Part shown: positions 29,619-39,313 of the stretch, piece after piece
How the letters are laid out: each line of letters begins with the position of its first letter
Numbering within the stretch: position 1 is the first letter of the stretch
From: an uncultured delta proteobacterium
GTDB lineage: Bacteria; Desulfobacterota; Binatia; Binatales; Binataceae
Direction of reading: 5' to 3'
DNA: 64,000 bases
NCBI GenBank assembly: GCA_963711565.1
Contig: CAVQEQ010000003.1
Location: forward strand, 1,056,001 to 1,120,000
Notes under the pieces: generated by a model
Databases searched by the model: none
Seen by the model: the letters and a program-made list of their open reading frames with translations, nothing else
What the model was told of the DNA's origin: nothing
Position numbers and translations under genes: made by a program

Positions 29619-30968
29619 ATGCGCATGAAACACGAGCTGATCGACGTGGCCGAGCCGAACCTTATCCGCAAGCAATTCCCCTACGACGCGGTGCCGCGAA
29701 TCAGCTTCGACGGCGAATTCGAGCAACCTGACCCGGCACCCGACTTTTTCATCACCGACACCACCTTCCGCGACGGGCAGCAGGCGCGTCCGCCGTACAC
29801 GGCCGGGCAAATCGTCGCGATGTTCGACATGCTGCATCGCCTCGGCGGTCCCAACGGCATCATCCGGCAGACCGAGTTTTTCCTGTACTCGAAGGTCGAT
29901 CGCGATGCGGTTAATCGATGCCTCGCGCGCGGCTACGAGTTTCCCGAAGTCACGGGATGGATTCGCGCGGTGAAAGCGGACTTCAAGATCGTCAAGGAGA
30001 TGGGCCTGCGCGAGACCGGGATTCTGACGTTGGCGTCCGACTACCACATTTTCAACAAGCTCAAGAAAACGCGGCGCGCGGCGATGGACGATTATCTCGA
30101 GATCGTGAACGCGGCGCTCGATGCCGGCCTCAAAATCCGCTGCCATCTCGAGGACGCGACGCGCGCCGATTTTTACGGCTTCGTCGTGCCGTTCGTGTCG
30201 AAGCTGATGGAAGTCGGCGATGCGGCGGGGATTCCCGTCAAGATTCGGGTCTGCGACACGCTCGGTTTCGGCGTGCCCTACCCCGGCGTCGCGCTTCCGC
30301 GCAGCGTGCCGAAGCTGATTCTGGGTTTGCGGCGGGAATGCGGCGTGAAGCCGGAACAACTCGAGTGGCACGGGCACAATGACTTTCACAAGGTGCTCGC
30401 GAACGCGACCGCCGCCTGGCTCTACGGATGCATGTACGCGAACGGCACGATCCTCGGCTACGGCGAGCGCACGGGAAATCCTCCGCTGGAAGGCCTCGTC
30501 ATGGATTACGTGTCGCTCAAGGGCGACGCAAACGGGATGGACTTGTCGGTGATCACGGAAATCGCGGAGTACTTCGAACGCGAAGCCGGCTACCGGATTC
30601 CCGCCAACTATCCGTTCGTCGGCCGCGACTTCAACGTGACGCGCGCCGGAATCCATGCTGACGGGCTGCTGAAGGACGAGGAAATCTACAACGTCTTCGA
30701 CACCGCGAAGATTCTTGGCCGGCCACCGCGCGTGGCAGTCGATAAGACCTCAGGCGTCGCGGGAATCGCCTGGTGGATCAATTCCTACTTCGGTCTCGCG
30801 CGCGGCGCACAGGTCGAAAAGCGCTCGCCCGAGGTTCTCGAAATCGCGAAGTGGGTCAACGCGCAGTATGACGACGGCCGCACCACGTCGATCTCCGATC
30901 TGGAGATGGAGACGCAGGTCCGCCGGCATCTGCCGCGCCTGTTCGAGAGCGCCCGGCTGGCCGGATAG
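29619..30968 (+). CDS. DRE-TIM metallolyase, Re-citrate synthase-like (LeuA/homocitrate synthase superfamily)
   Basis: ITDTTFRDGQQARPPY, RCHLEDATRAD, EWHGHNDF, GERTGN, TRAGIHADG. Confidence 0.8.
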   Translation: MRMKHELIDVAEPNLIRKQFPYDAVPRISFDGEFEQPDPAPDFFITDTTFRDGQQARPPYTAGQIVAMFDMLHRLGGPNGIIRQTEFFLYSKVDRDAVNRCLARGYEFPEVTGWIRAVKADFKIVKEMGLRETGILTLASDYHIFNKLKKTRRAAMDDYLEIVNAALDAGLKIRCHLEDATRADFYGFVVPFVSKLMEVGDAAGIPVKIRVCDTLGFGVPYPGVALPRSVPKLILGLRRECGVKPEQLEWHGHNDFHKVLANATAAWLYGCMYANGTILGYGERTGNPPLEGLVMDYVSLKGDANGMDLSVITEIAEYFEREAGYRIPANYPFVGRDFNVTRAGIHADGLLKDEEIYNVFDTAKILGRPPRVAVDKTSGVAGIAWWINSYFGLARGAQVEKRSPEVLEIAKWVNAQYDDGRTTSISDLEMETQVRRHLPRLFESARLAG

Positions 30969-30984
30969 CACGGAGCCGAATTGA

Positions 30985-31914
30985 TCAGATCTTGATCCAG
31001 GCGGGCGGGATGAGATCGGTGGTGTCGTAGTATCCGTCGAACCGGCTGCGTCGGTATTGCGAGATGCGCTGGTACGGGACGGCTGGGTCAGCGCGCCTTC
31101 CGGAAAACCATCGCGACGGCGCGATCACTTTTTTGTCCGGGTTGGGATCGAGCCATGCGCCCCACCATGAAAATGATGAATTCGCGATGATGTGCCCTTT
31201 GCATCGGGCCATCAGGAAAAGGTCCTCGACAGTGCTTAACGCTTCGACAAAGACTACCCGGCGGCCGCGGAACCGCTCCTTACACCACGCGATGTCGTCG
31301 GAGAAGATTACGAAGGTGGTGTCTGAATCAAACTGAGACATCGCGCGCTCGTAGTAGTCACCGGCGGCCAACTCGGTCCAGACGGGTTCGCCGATGTAAT
31401 CGGTTCTGCGCACGTGGACCGAGCAGGTCGCGGTCGCCAGCAAGTTGGCGAATCCTCGGTCAAGCAGTTGAGAGAGTGCGTGATGGGGCGTGAAGTAGTG
31501 GCGCACCTCGTCTGCGCAGTGCGCGAAGAATCGCTCGGACTGGTAGAAGCCAAAAAGTTCGGTGGCGCGATCGATCGTGACTTCTTCATAGGCGAAAGTG
31601 CGGGGCGTCCGCCGCTGGAAATGTCGATAAGGACGGGCCTGCGGAATCGGAAATTCAAAATGCCGTGCGTACGGCCAAATGGGGAAAACAAACGAACAGC
31701 CGTTGCGGCGCGCGATACCGATAGTCGCGGCGATCTGGAAGAGCTGGTTGCCCAACCGCCCCAGCTCGCCGAGCGGGAACGTGACGACCTTCGTGTCGCT
31801 GAAGCGTGAGCGCAGCCTTCGCGAAATTGGCGAGACGAGCGGTAGATTCGCGAGCGCTGCGATTGCCCGCCTCAAGGCCGAAGGAGCGCTTGTTTCGATT
31901 TTCGGCGCGCTCAT
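30985..31914 (-). CDS. Alpha-1,2-fucosyltransferase (GT11)
   Basis: GRLGNQLFQ, SVHVRRTDY, FSDDIAWC, IIANSSFSWWGAWL. Confidence 0.92.
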   Translation of the reverse strand: MSAPKIETSAPSALRRAIAALANLPLVSPISRRLRSRFSDTKVVTFPLGELGRLGNQLFQIAATIGIARRNGCSFVFPIWPYARHFEFPIPQARPYRHFQRRTPRTFAYEEVTIDRATELFGFYQSERFFAHCADEVRHYFTPHHALSQLLDRGFANLLATATCSVHVRRTDYIGEPVWTELAAGDYYERAMSQFDSDTTFVIFSDDIAWCKERFRGRRVVFVEALSTVEDLFLMARCKGHIIANSSFSWWGAWLDPNPDKKVIAPSRWFSGRRADPAVPYQRISQYRRSRFDGYYDTTDLIPPAWIKI

Positions 31915-31921
31915 CGGCGAA

Positions 31922-33160
31922 TCATGCCTCTGACGAGTGGAGGTCGCGGCCCTTGCGCTCGCGGCCGAGCAGGATGACGACGGCCGCGGAGACCATCACG
32001 ATTGCGGCGACGCCGGCCAGCGTCGCGGCGTAGCCGAATCGTTCCGCGAGGAGGGCCTGGCTGACGGCCGCTCCGGAAGCCATCAAGACGCCGATCTGAT
32101 ACGCGAGGCCCGAAAACAGACCGCGCACTTCCGGCGGTGACAGTTCCGTCAGATGCGCCGGGATTACGCCCCACGCTCCCTGCACCATGAACTGCATCAG
32201 GAACGCGCCGAGCGTCAGCACCGCGAGCGTCGAGGGATAAATCCACAGCGGGATGACGAGGCCGGCGCAAATCACCGCGGTCGCCATCGTGCGGCGCCGC
32301 CCCCATCGGTCGGACAGGTAGCCGAAGGTCAGGCCGCCGAGCAAAGCGCCTACATTGTAGATGAGCGCGATCGTCGCGACGGTACGAGTGTCGAAGCCGC
32401 GCGTTTTTTCGAGAAACGTTGGATACATGTCCTGCGTGCCATGCGAGACGAAGTTCATCGCTGTCATCAGCGCGCACAGATATAGGAACAATTTCCAGTT
32501 GGCCCGAATCGCGTGCCGAATCTGCGACATGTCGGGGCGCGTGCGTTGCCATGCCTCGGATTCCGGAACCTTGGTGCGGATGTAGATCGTCAGCAGCGCG
32601 GGCGCGCCGCCGAGAAAGAACATCGCGCGCCATCCGTAGTGCGGAAAGACGAAGAAGAACGCGGCCGCCGCCAGCAGGTAGCCGACCGCGTAACCCTCCT
32701 GCAGCAGGCCGGAGAAAAATCCGCGCCATCGCGGCGCGACCGCTTCCATAGCCAGCGACGCGCCCACGCCCCACTCGCCGCCCATCCCGATTCCGTACAG
32801 CGCACGAAAAAACAGGAACCATCCGTAGCTCGGCGCGAGGCCGCTCAGCACTTCGACGATGGAATAGAAGACAACGTTAACCATCAACGGGATGCGGCGG
32901 CCGTAGCGGTCCGCAACCCAGCCGAAGATGAGTGCGCCGACCGGACGCAGCGCGAGCGTCGCGGTGATCGTGAACGCGATATGCGAGATGGGGCGATGAA
33001 ACTCGCGCGCGACCGCGGGCATCACGAAAATCAGGATGAAGAAATCGAAGGCGTCGAGCGCCCAGCCGAGAAAGCTCGCGAGGATCGTGTGCGCTGCCTC
33101 AGATGAGGTGATCGCGCGCACGGGCTCGACGGCAGCGGCGGAAGAATCCATGGCGTGCAA
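31922..33160 (-). CDS. MFS transporter, sialate/carboxylate:H+ symporter (NanT/JEN-like)
   Basis: GWALDAFDFF, GWVADRYGRR, GMGGEWG, NFVSHGTQDMYPT. Confidence 0.9.
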   Translation of the reverse strand: MHAMDSSAAAVEPVRAITSSEAAHTILASFLGWALDAFDFFILIFVMPAVAREFHRPISHIAFTITATLALRPVGALIFGWVADRYGRRIPLMVNVVFYSIVEVLSGLAPSYGWFLFFRALYGIGMGGEWGVGASLAMEAVAPRWRGFFSGLLQEGYAVGYLLAAAAFFFVFPHYGWRAMFFLGGAPALLTIYIRTKVPESEAWQRTRPDMSQIRHAIRANWKLFLYLCALMTAMNFVSHGTQDMYPTFLEKTRGFDTRTVATIALIYNVGALLGGLTFGYLSDRWGRRRTMATAVICAGLVIPLWIYPSTLAVLTLGAFLMQFMVQGAWGVIPAHLTELSPPEVRGLFSGLAYQIGVLMASGAAVSQALLAERFGYAATLAGVAAIVMVSAAVVILLGRERKGRDLHSSEA

Positions 33161-33245
33161 TGATTAATCGAACCAGCGGACTGGCGAAAGGAGCAATCCA
33201 GCGCGTTCGCTTGAGTTTGAGGGCGGCTGGCGCGATAAGTGACCT

Positions 33246-34373
33246 ATGTTCAACGGCAACAAAGTGATTGACGCCGACGGGCATGTGATGGAGCCCAACG
33301 AGCTCTATGACCAGTACCTCGATCCGAAGTTCAAGCCCGAGCTCGACGAACTGAAGAAGATCGCGTCAACGCGGGCGTCGAAATATTTCTTCGGCTACTT
33401 CCATCAACTCAACACCGGCCGACCGCTTGGGATCGCGGCGCTCGACAAACCGCTGACGCGGACCGGCCGCAAGCCGCATGGCGAGCGGCCCGACATCCGC
33501 GGCGGATTCGATCCCCATGTGCGCATCAAGGACATGGATCGCGAGGGAATCGACATCGCCGTGCTGTTCGCGACCGTGGTCTCGAGCTTCTGCGCGCTCG
33601 ATAACGTCGATTTCGAAGTCGCGATGATTCGCGCGTACCATCGATGGCTCGCCGATTATTGCGCGGCCTATCCGAATCGCTTGAAGGGCGTTGCGATTGT
33701 GCCAATGCGCGCGCCGGAGCGTGCGGCCGACGAAATCCGGCGCGTCGCGAACGAGCCGTGGTGCGTCGGCATCTACCTGTCCGCGCACATGGAGGACAAG
33801 CTGCTCGACCATCCCGCGTTCCATCCGATTTGGAATGCGTGCGTCGAGACCGACCTGCCCGCGTGCTTCCACGGCGGCACCGCGCGCCCGCCCTACGGAA
33901 TGGGCACGTTCGAGATGGGCAACAATCTCTTCATCCAGCATTCGGCGACGAATCCGTTCGAGGTGATGCGCGGGATCGCGTCGCTCGTCGGTGGCGGCGT
34001 GCTCGACATTTTCCCGAAATTGCGCGTGGCGTTTCTCGAGGCGGGCGTGGGCTGGCTGCCGTTCTGGATGGAGCGGCTCGACGAGCATTACGAGCTGATG
34101 CCGGAGTACGTGCCGTTCCTGCATCGCAAGCCGTCCGACGTGATTCGCAGCGAAAATTTTTTCATCTCATGCGATCCCGACGAGGAGACGCTGCCGTATG
34201 TGATCGAAACCGTTGGCGCAGAGCACATTCTGTATGCGTCGGACTACCCGCACTTCGACGGCCGATTTCCGCATACGGTGAGCCTGACTGCGGGGCGTAA
34301 GGAGTTTGCGCCTGGCGTGGCGAAGAAAATTTTGGATGAGAATCCGACCAGGCTTTATCCGCGATTGAAGTAG
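33246..34373 (+). CDS. Amidohydrolase_2 family protein
   Basis: IDADGHVME, FLEAGVGW, YASDYPHFD. Confidence 0.9.
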   Translation: MFNGNKVIDADGHVMEPNELYDQYLDPKFKPELDELKKIASTRASKYFFGYFHQLNTGRPLGIAALDKPLTRTGRKPHGERPDIRGGFDPHVRIKDMDREGIDIAVLFATVVSSFCALDNVDFEVAMIRAYHRWLADYCAAYPNRLKGVAIVPMRAPERAADEIRRVANEPWCVGIYLSAHMEDKLLDHPAFHPIWNACVETDLPACFHGGTARPPYGMGTFEMGNNLFIQHSATNPFEVMRGIASLVGGGVLDIFPKLRVAFLEAGVGWLPFWMERLDEHYELMPEYVPFLHRKPSDVIRSENFFISCDPDEETLPYVIETVGAEHILYASDYPHFDGRFPHTVSLTAGRKEFAPGVAKKILDENPTRLYPRLK

Positions 34374-34411
34374 GAACCTAACCCCTTCCCGAGCGGGAAG
34401 GGGAACCGGAT
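34371..34411. repeat. REP-like element subfamily A; its TAG is the amidohydrolase stop codon
   Basis: TAGGAACCTAACCCCTTCCC-gagc-GGGAAGGGGAACCGGAT (one TAACCCC unit fewer than the 21859 copy). Confidence 0.9.
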
Positions 34412-34424
34412 TGTTAGATATAGA

Positions 34425-34922
34425 GTGAAGATCAGAAGAATTGCGGCGGCTTTGATCGCGATTGTGCTCGTGGCTTGCTGCGTGCGGAACGCGAAGGCGC
34501 AGGCGACGGATCAGGAGCAGGCTGCGCAGGATTTGCGCGACGCCGAGGCTGTCAGCAAGCGGCATCGCGCGGAGCTGATGAAAATCCCGCACGTCACGGT
34601 CGTCACCGGCGAAGTCGATCGACAGAAGGAGGCCGCGATACTAGTCGAGGTGGACGATCAAAAGAACGTCGATGAGGTGACGCGGCAACTGCCGTCGCAA
34701 ATCGAAGGCTTCCCGGTGGAAGTTGACGAGGGTAGTGAAGAACCGGGTGGCTCTAATGCTTTTGGAAGCCTGGCTGCCGCCACTCCGACGCCGTTGCCGG
34801 AGATCGACAAGTACGGTTACCACCATCACAGCTGGATAAAGAAGTCCGCGCCGGCGGCGAGCCCTGACGCGCCGCAGCGATCTCTTAATTTCGGAACCCG
34901 GCGTACGGAACATCCAACTTGA
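34425..34922 (+). CDS. Secreted hypothetical protein
   Basis: Signal peptide; ELMKIPHV...LPSQIEGFPVEV motif. Confidence 0.65.
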   Translation: MKIRRIAAALIAIVLVACCVRNAKAQATDQEQAAQDLRDAEAVSKRHRAELMKIPHVTVVTGEVDRQKEAAILVEVDDQKNVDEVTRQLPSQIEGFPVEVDEGSEEPGGSNAFGSLAAATPTPLPEIDKYGYHHHSWIKKSAPAASPDAPQRSLNFGTRRTEHPT

Positions 34923-35025
34923 CTGCAATTCCGGCGACTCCTTATAGTCTAATCTCAGAGTCCGGCGAATCTGCGGCGAACGCAGGAAACCCCGTTCAGA
35001 CAATGGATTTCGCGCTGGTTTAGAG

Positions 35026-35733
35026 ATGCAAAGAAGCGAACAAATGACCTTCTGGGAGCGGATTTATATCCCCGAAATCCTGCGAGGTTTGGCGATCACC
35101 AACTATCACTTCGTGCGCAATTTCATGCTGCACACGGCGCATCTGTTCGGGATGAAGAAGGACGTCAACGCGACTTCGACGACGCAGTACCCCGAAGAGC
35201 GCAAGCACTATCCTGATAATTTTCGCGGCAGTCATCGGCTGACCCTGCGCGAAGATTCCTCGGTGCGATGTACCGCGTGTTTTCTGTGCGCAACCGCGTG
35301 CCCCGCGCAGTGCATATATATAGAAGCGGGCGAGTCGCCCGATCCGCACGTCGAGAAATTCCCGGTGCGCTACGAGATCGACACTCTCCGCTGCATCTAC
35401 TGCGGCCTGTGCGTCGAGGCCTGTCCGTGCGATGCGATTCGGATGGACACCTACGTACACCCGCGCATCTGGGGTTTCGACCGCAAGGATTTTGTCGAGC
35501 AGAAGGAACTTCTGATGCATCGCTCGCGCGTGCTGGCCGAGAAGGGCCGCGACGGCAACATGAACGAGATGCTCGAGTGGTACAAACAGCAGGACGCCGC
35601 GGTTTACGATCCGCAACGGCCCGAGATGAAGACCTACACCAATCGCGAAGCGCCCAAGCATTACGCGGAGGCGCCGGACCATATCGACGACCTCACCGTG
35701 ATCGACCGGCATCCTGTCCGCGCCGGTAAGTAG
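35026..35733 (+). CDS. nuoI: NADH-quinone oxidoreductase subunit I (stand-alone)
   Basis: [37 protein letters not shown]. Confidence 0.92.
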   Translation: MQRSEQMTFWERIYIPEILRGLAITNYHFVRNFMLHTAHLFGMKKDVNATSTTQYPEERKHYPDNFRGSHRLTLREDSSVRCTACFLCATACPAQCIYIEAGESPDPHVEKFPVRYEIDTLRCIYCGLCVEACPCDAIRMDTYVHPRIWGFDRKDFVEQKELLMHRSRVLAEKGRDGNMNEMLEWYKQQDAAVYDPQRPEMKTYTNREAPKHYAEAPDHIDDLTVIDRHPVRAGK

Positions 35734-35737
35734 TCAG

Positions 35738-35983
35738 ATGACGCGAGTGACTATCGGCCTGACGCTGGCGGGCCTGATCGTTTTGTTCATCGCTTACGCG
35801 AAGGGCGTCGGCGTGATTCACGGCGGCGACGTGCTGAGCCACATGTATTGGGCGACGGGCGCGCTGACGCTGGTGGCGCTGGCGAATTTTATCGCGGTGG
35901 CGCATCTGGCGCGCGCAGAGCGGATGATCCAGGAATTGCGCGCGCTGTGCGAAAAAAACGGCATCGAGTACGGAGAAGATTGA
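35738..35983 (+). CDS. Small two-helix membrane protein
   Basis: Two hydrophobic segments; starts 4 bp after nuoI. Confidence 0.6.
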   Translation: MTRVTIGLTLAGLIVLFIAYAKGVGVIHGGDVLSHMYWATGALTLVALANFIAVAHLARAERMIQELRALCEKNGIEYGED

Positions 35984-36043
35984 GCTATACTTAACGATCC
36001 AAGGCCGCAGCATCCTGATTGTCCCGGCCGCGGAGGTGACGCG

Positions 36044-37354
36044 ATGACCCAGATTGAAGCTGCCCGCAAAAATATTATTACCCGGCAGATGACCGAAGTT
36101 GCCGAGGACGAAGGTTTCGCGCCCGAAGAAATTCGCGCGCTGGTTGCGACCGGCGAGGCCGTGATCCCGCACAACCTCCATCACGATTTCAGGGCGATCG
36201 GAATCGGCAAGGGCCTGCGCACCAAGGTCAACGCCAACATCGGCGCGTCCAACTTCCATCAGCTGATCGAAGAGGAAGTCGAGAAACTTTACACCGCGGT
36301 CCGCTACGGCGCCGACTCCGTGATGGATCTTTCGACCGGCACCGACCTCGACAAAATCCGCGCGGAGATCCTTTCGCGATGTTCCGTGATTCTCGGCACT
36401 GTACCGATTTACCAGCTCGGCTCCGAGCGTTCGATCATGGAGATGGAGGCCGAATACTTCCTCGACGTTATCGAACGGCAGGCGCGGCAGGGTGTCGATT
36501 ACATGACGCTCCATTGCGGCGTCACGCGTGAGAGCGTGAAGCGGCTGCGCGGACATCAGCGAATCGAGGGCATCGTGTCGCGCGGTGGCGCGATGCTGGC
36601 GTCGTGGATCGAGCGCACCGGCAACGAGAATCCGCTCTACGAGCACTTCGACGAAGTCTGCGCCGTACTGCGCGAGCATGACGTGACGATCTCGATCGGC
36701 GACGGGCTGCGGCCCGGCGCCACCGGCGACGCGACCGATCGCGGGCAAATCGGCGAGCTGCTGCTGATGGGCGAGCTGACCGATCGCGCGCGCGCAATGG
36801 GCGTGCAGGTGATGATCGAAGGTCCCGGCCACGTGCCGCTCGATCAGATCGAAGCCAACGTGAAGCTCGAGAAGCGAGTCTGCGGCGGCGCGCCGTTTTA
36901 CGTGCTCGGTCCGCTAACCTGCAACGTCGCGCCGGGCTACGATCACATCACGGGTGCGATTGGCGGAGCGATCGCGTCGGCTGCCGGCACCGACTTCCTG
37001 TGCTACGTGACGCCGGCCGAGCATCTGCGGCTGCCCGATATCGACGACGTGCGCGAAGGCGTCATCGCGACGCGAATCGCGGCTCACTCGGGCGACCTGG
37101 TCAAAGGCGTGCGCGCGGCGAAAGTCTGGAACGACCAGATGTCGCGATACCGCAAGGCGCTCAACTGGGAAGGCATGTACGCGATGGCGATGGACCCCGA
37201 CAAGGCGCGCCGCTACAAGGAAGAGAGCGAGGCGGCGGGCTCCAACGTCTGCACGATGTGCGGGTCGCTGTGCTCGATCAATATCGACAACGCGGCGATC
37301 AAATTCACCAAGCGGCGCTCGATTGCCGAGGCCGAAGCGCATGCCGCCGGCTGA
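36044..37354 (+). CDS. thiC: Phosphomethylpyrimidine synthase ThiC (short form)
   Basis: TKVNANIG, VMDLSTG, IVSRGG, GDGLRPG, EGPGHVP, CYVTPAEH, CTMCGSLC. Confidence 0.9.
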   Translation: MTQIEAARKNIITRQMTEVAEDEGFAPEEIRALVATGEAVIPHNLHHDFRAIGIGKGLRTKVNANIGASNFHQLIEEEVEKLYTAVRYGADSVMDLSTGTDLDKIRAEILSRCSVILGTVPIYQLGSERSIMEMEAEYFLDVIERQARQGVDYMTLHCGVTRESVKRLRGHQRIEGIVSRGGAMLASWIERTGNENPLYEHFDEVCAVLREHDVTISIGDGLRPGATGDATDRGQIGELLLMGELTDRARAMGVQVMIEGPGHVPLDQIEANVKLEKRVCGGAPFYVLGPLTCNVAPGYDHITGAIGGAIASAAGTDFLCYVTPAEHLRLPDIDDVREGVIATRIAAHSGDLVKGVRAAKVWNDQMSRYRKALNWEGMYAMAMDPDKARRYKEESEAAGSNVCTMCGSLCSINIDNAAIKFTKRRSIAEAEAHAAG

Positions 37355-37826
37355 CGCGAACAGCATTCCGGATCTTTCGACGGCGCTCGAGCTGGCTGTC
37401 CCCGACGCTCGCGGCGAGCTGCGCCGTTTGAAGGATTTTCGCGGCCACAACGTCGTCGTTTATTTCTATCCAAAGGACGACACGCCCGGCTGCACCGTCG
37501 AGGGCAAGGAATTTCGCGACAGCTACGATCAATTCAAAGCGCTGGATTGCGTCGTCATCGGCGTGAGCACCGATTCAGCCGAGCGTCATCGCGCGTTCGC
37601 GGAAAAGCACGCGCTTCCCTTCATCCTGCTCGCCGACGAGGACGGAAAGCTCGCAGCCGCATTCGGCGTGCTCAACGGCAAGTATGCGGCGCGCTCGACC
37701 TTCGTGCTTGACAGCACTCTTCGCCTGCGCCGCGCCCTTCAGGACGTGACGCCGCGCGGGCATGCCGCACAAGTGCTGAATTTCGTGCGCACGCTGGTCG
37801 AATCGCATCGAATGATTGGCGGGTAG
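37341..37826 (+). CDS. bcp: Peroxiredoxin, BCP family
   Basis: VYFYPKDDTPGCT. Confidence 0.9.
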   Translation: MPPADANSIPDLSTALELAVPDARGELRRLKDFRGHNVVVYFYPKDDTPGCTVEGKEFRDSYDQFKALDCVVIGVSTDSAERHRAFAEKHALPFILLADEDGKLAAAFGVLNGKYAARSTFVLDSTLRLRRALQDVTPRGHAAQVLNFVRTLVESHRMIGG

Positions 37827-37916
37827 CGAGCCGCGGCGCCACGTGGCGTGACTCGCGCGCATGGTTATAGTTGTATATTGAAACTGAATCCGCCGACGGA
37901 TTTGACGGGAAAATTT

Positions 37917-39152
37917 ATGGCGAAAACTTCGAAGAATATTCTCGACGAAGCACGCTCGACGATTAAGCAGCTCGGTATCGACGAGGCGCGCGCGATGATC
38001 GACAAGCCCGGCACCGTGCTGGTCGATGTGCGCGAAAGCGACGAATGGCGGCAAGGGCATATCCCGCAGGCGGTTGCGATTCCGCGCGGCTTCCTGGAAC
38101 TTCGCATCGAGGAGAAGGTTCCCGACCGCAAGACTCCCGTGATTTTGCAATGCGCCTCGGGCACGCGCTCTCTGCTGGCGGCGCGCACGCTGCGCGAGCT
38201 TGGCTACGAGAACGTGTACAACATGACCGGCGGCTTCAGCGCGTGGAAGGATCGCGGCCTGCCGTGGACCGCGGATCGCGCGTTCACCGCCGACGAGTTG
38301 ACGCGCTACTCGCGCCATTTCGTGATCCCCGAAGTCGGCGAGAAGGGGCAAGCGAAACTGCTCGACGCCAAGGTGCTTTTGCTTGGTGCGGGCGCGCTCG
38401 GCTCGCCGTCGGCGCTGTACCTCGCGGCGGCGGGAGTCGGCACGATTGGTCTGGTGGATTTCGACGTGGTCGATCTGTCGAATCTTCAGCGGCAGATAAT
38501 CCACACCACCGAGCGCGTCGGGACGCCGAAGACCGAGTCGGCGCAGAAGGCGATCAACGCGCTGAATCCGGGCGTCAAGGTGATTCGTCACGACGTGCGG
38601 CTCACCTCCGACAACGTGATGGACATCGTCAAGGACTACGATGTCGTCGTGAACTGCGGCGATAATTTCCCGACCCGATATCTGATCAACGACGCGTGCG
38701 TGTTCTCGAAGAAGCCGTTGGTGGACGGCGCGATTTACCGCTTCGAGGGCAACACGACGGTTTTCTATCCGGCCAAGGGCGGACCGTGCTACCGATGCCT
38801 GTATCCGGAGCCGGCGCCACCGGACATGGCGCCGTCGTGCGCGGAGGCGGGCGTGCTCGGCGCGATTCCGGGACTCATCGGGTCGATCGAAGCGCTCGAG
38901 GCGATCAAGCTGATAATTGGCGCGGGATCGCCGCTAATCGGCAAGATGGTTTACTTCGACACGCTGTCGGACAAGGACTTCGTGCGCGTTCTGAAGATCC
39001 GCAAAGATCCGAAGTGCCCCGTCTGCAGTGAGCATCCCACGCAAACGACGCTGATCGACTACGAAGCGTTCTGCGGTCTGGGCGCGCCAGCCAACGGCAC
39101 CGCGCACGCGGAACCGACAGGACAAACGAGCGCGGCCGCATCGGCGCGGTAG
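37917..39152 (+). CDS. moeB: MoeB/ThiF adenylyltransferase with N-terminal rhodanese domain
   Basis: Rhodanese DVRE...GHIP...CASGTRS; RYSRH, GAGALGS, SNLQRQ, CYRC and CPVC. Confidence 0.92.
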   Translation: MAKTSKNILDEARSTIKQLGIDEARAMIDKPGTVLVDVRESDEWRQGHIPQAVAIPRGFLELRIEEKVPDRKTPVILQCASGTRSLLAARTLRELGYENVYNMTGGFSAWKDRGLPWTADRAFTADELTRYSRHFVIPEVGEKGQAKLLDAKVLLLGAGALGSPSALYLAAAGVGTIGLVDFDVVDLSNLQRQIIHTTERVGTPKTESAQKAINALNPGVKVIRHDVRLTSDNVMDIVKDYDVVVNCGDNFPTRYLINDACVFSKKPLVDGAIYRFEGNTTVFYPAKGGPCYRCLYPEPAPPDMAPSCAEAGVLGAIPGLIGSIEALEAIKLIIGAGSPLIGKMVYFDTLSDKDFVRVLKIRKDPKCPVCSEHPTQTTLIDYEAFCGLGAPANGTAHAEPTGQTSAAASAR

Positions 39153-39194
39153 CGTTCGCGCGACTGTCAGCACAGTCGAAAATCTGGTTTGATT

Positions 39195-39233
39195 GCGGCG
39201 GGCGCGCATGAGCGATGGCCCGCCGCTTTTTTT
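39195..39233 (+). terminator. Intrinsic terminator
   Basis: GCGGCGGGC...GCCCGCCGC followed by T7. Confidence 0.8.
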
Positions 39234-39313
39234 ATGGCATTTCAATCACCGAGGCGATTTAGATGGCGCTGGGACCGTTTTACGTTGCGGATAAATTGAA
39301 AGGTGGCAACGGG

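Noticed and set aside
35984-36043. TPP riboswitch upstream of thiC
   Set aside because: The spacer is only 60 bp and lacks the CTGAGA and CCTGA..GGATAATGCC cores.
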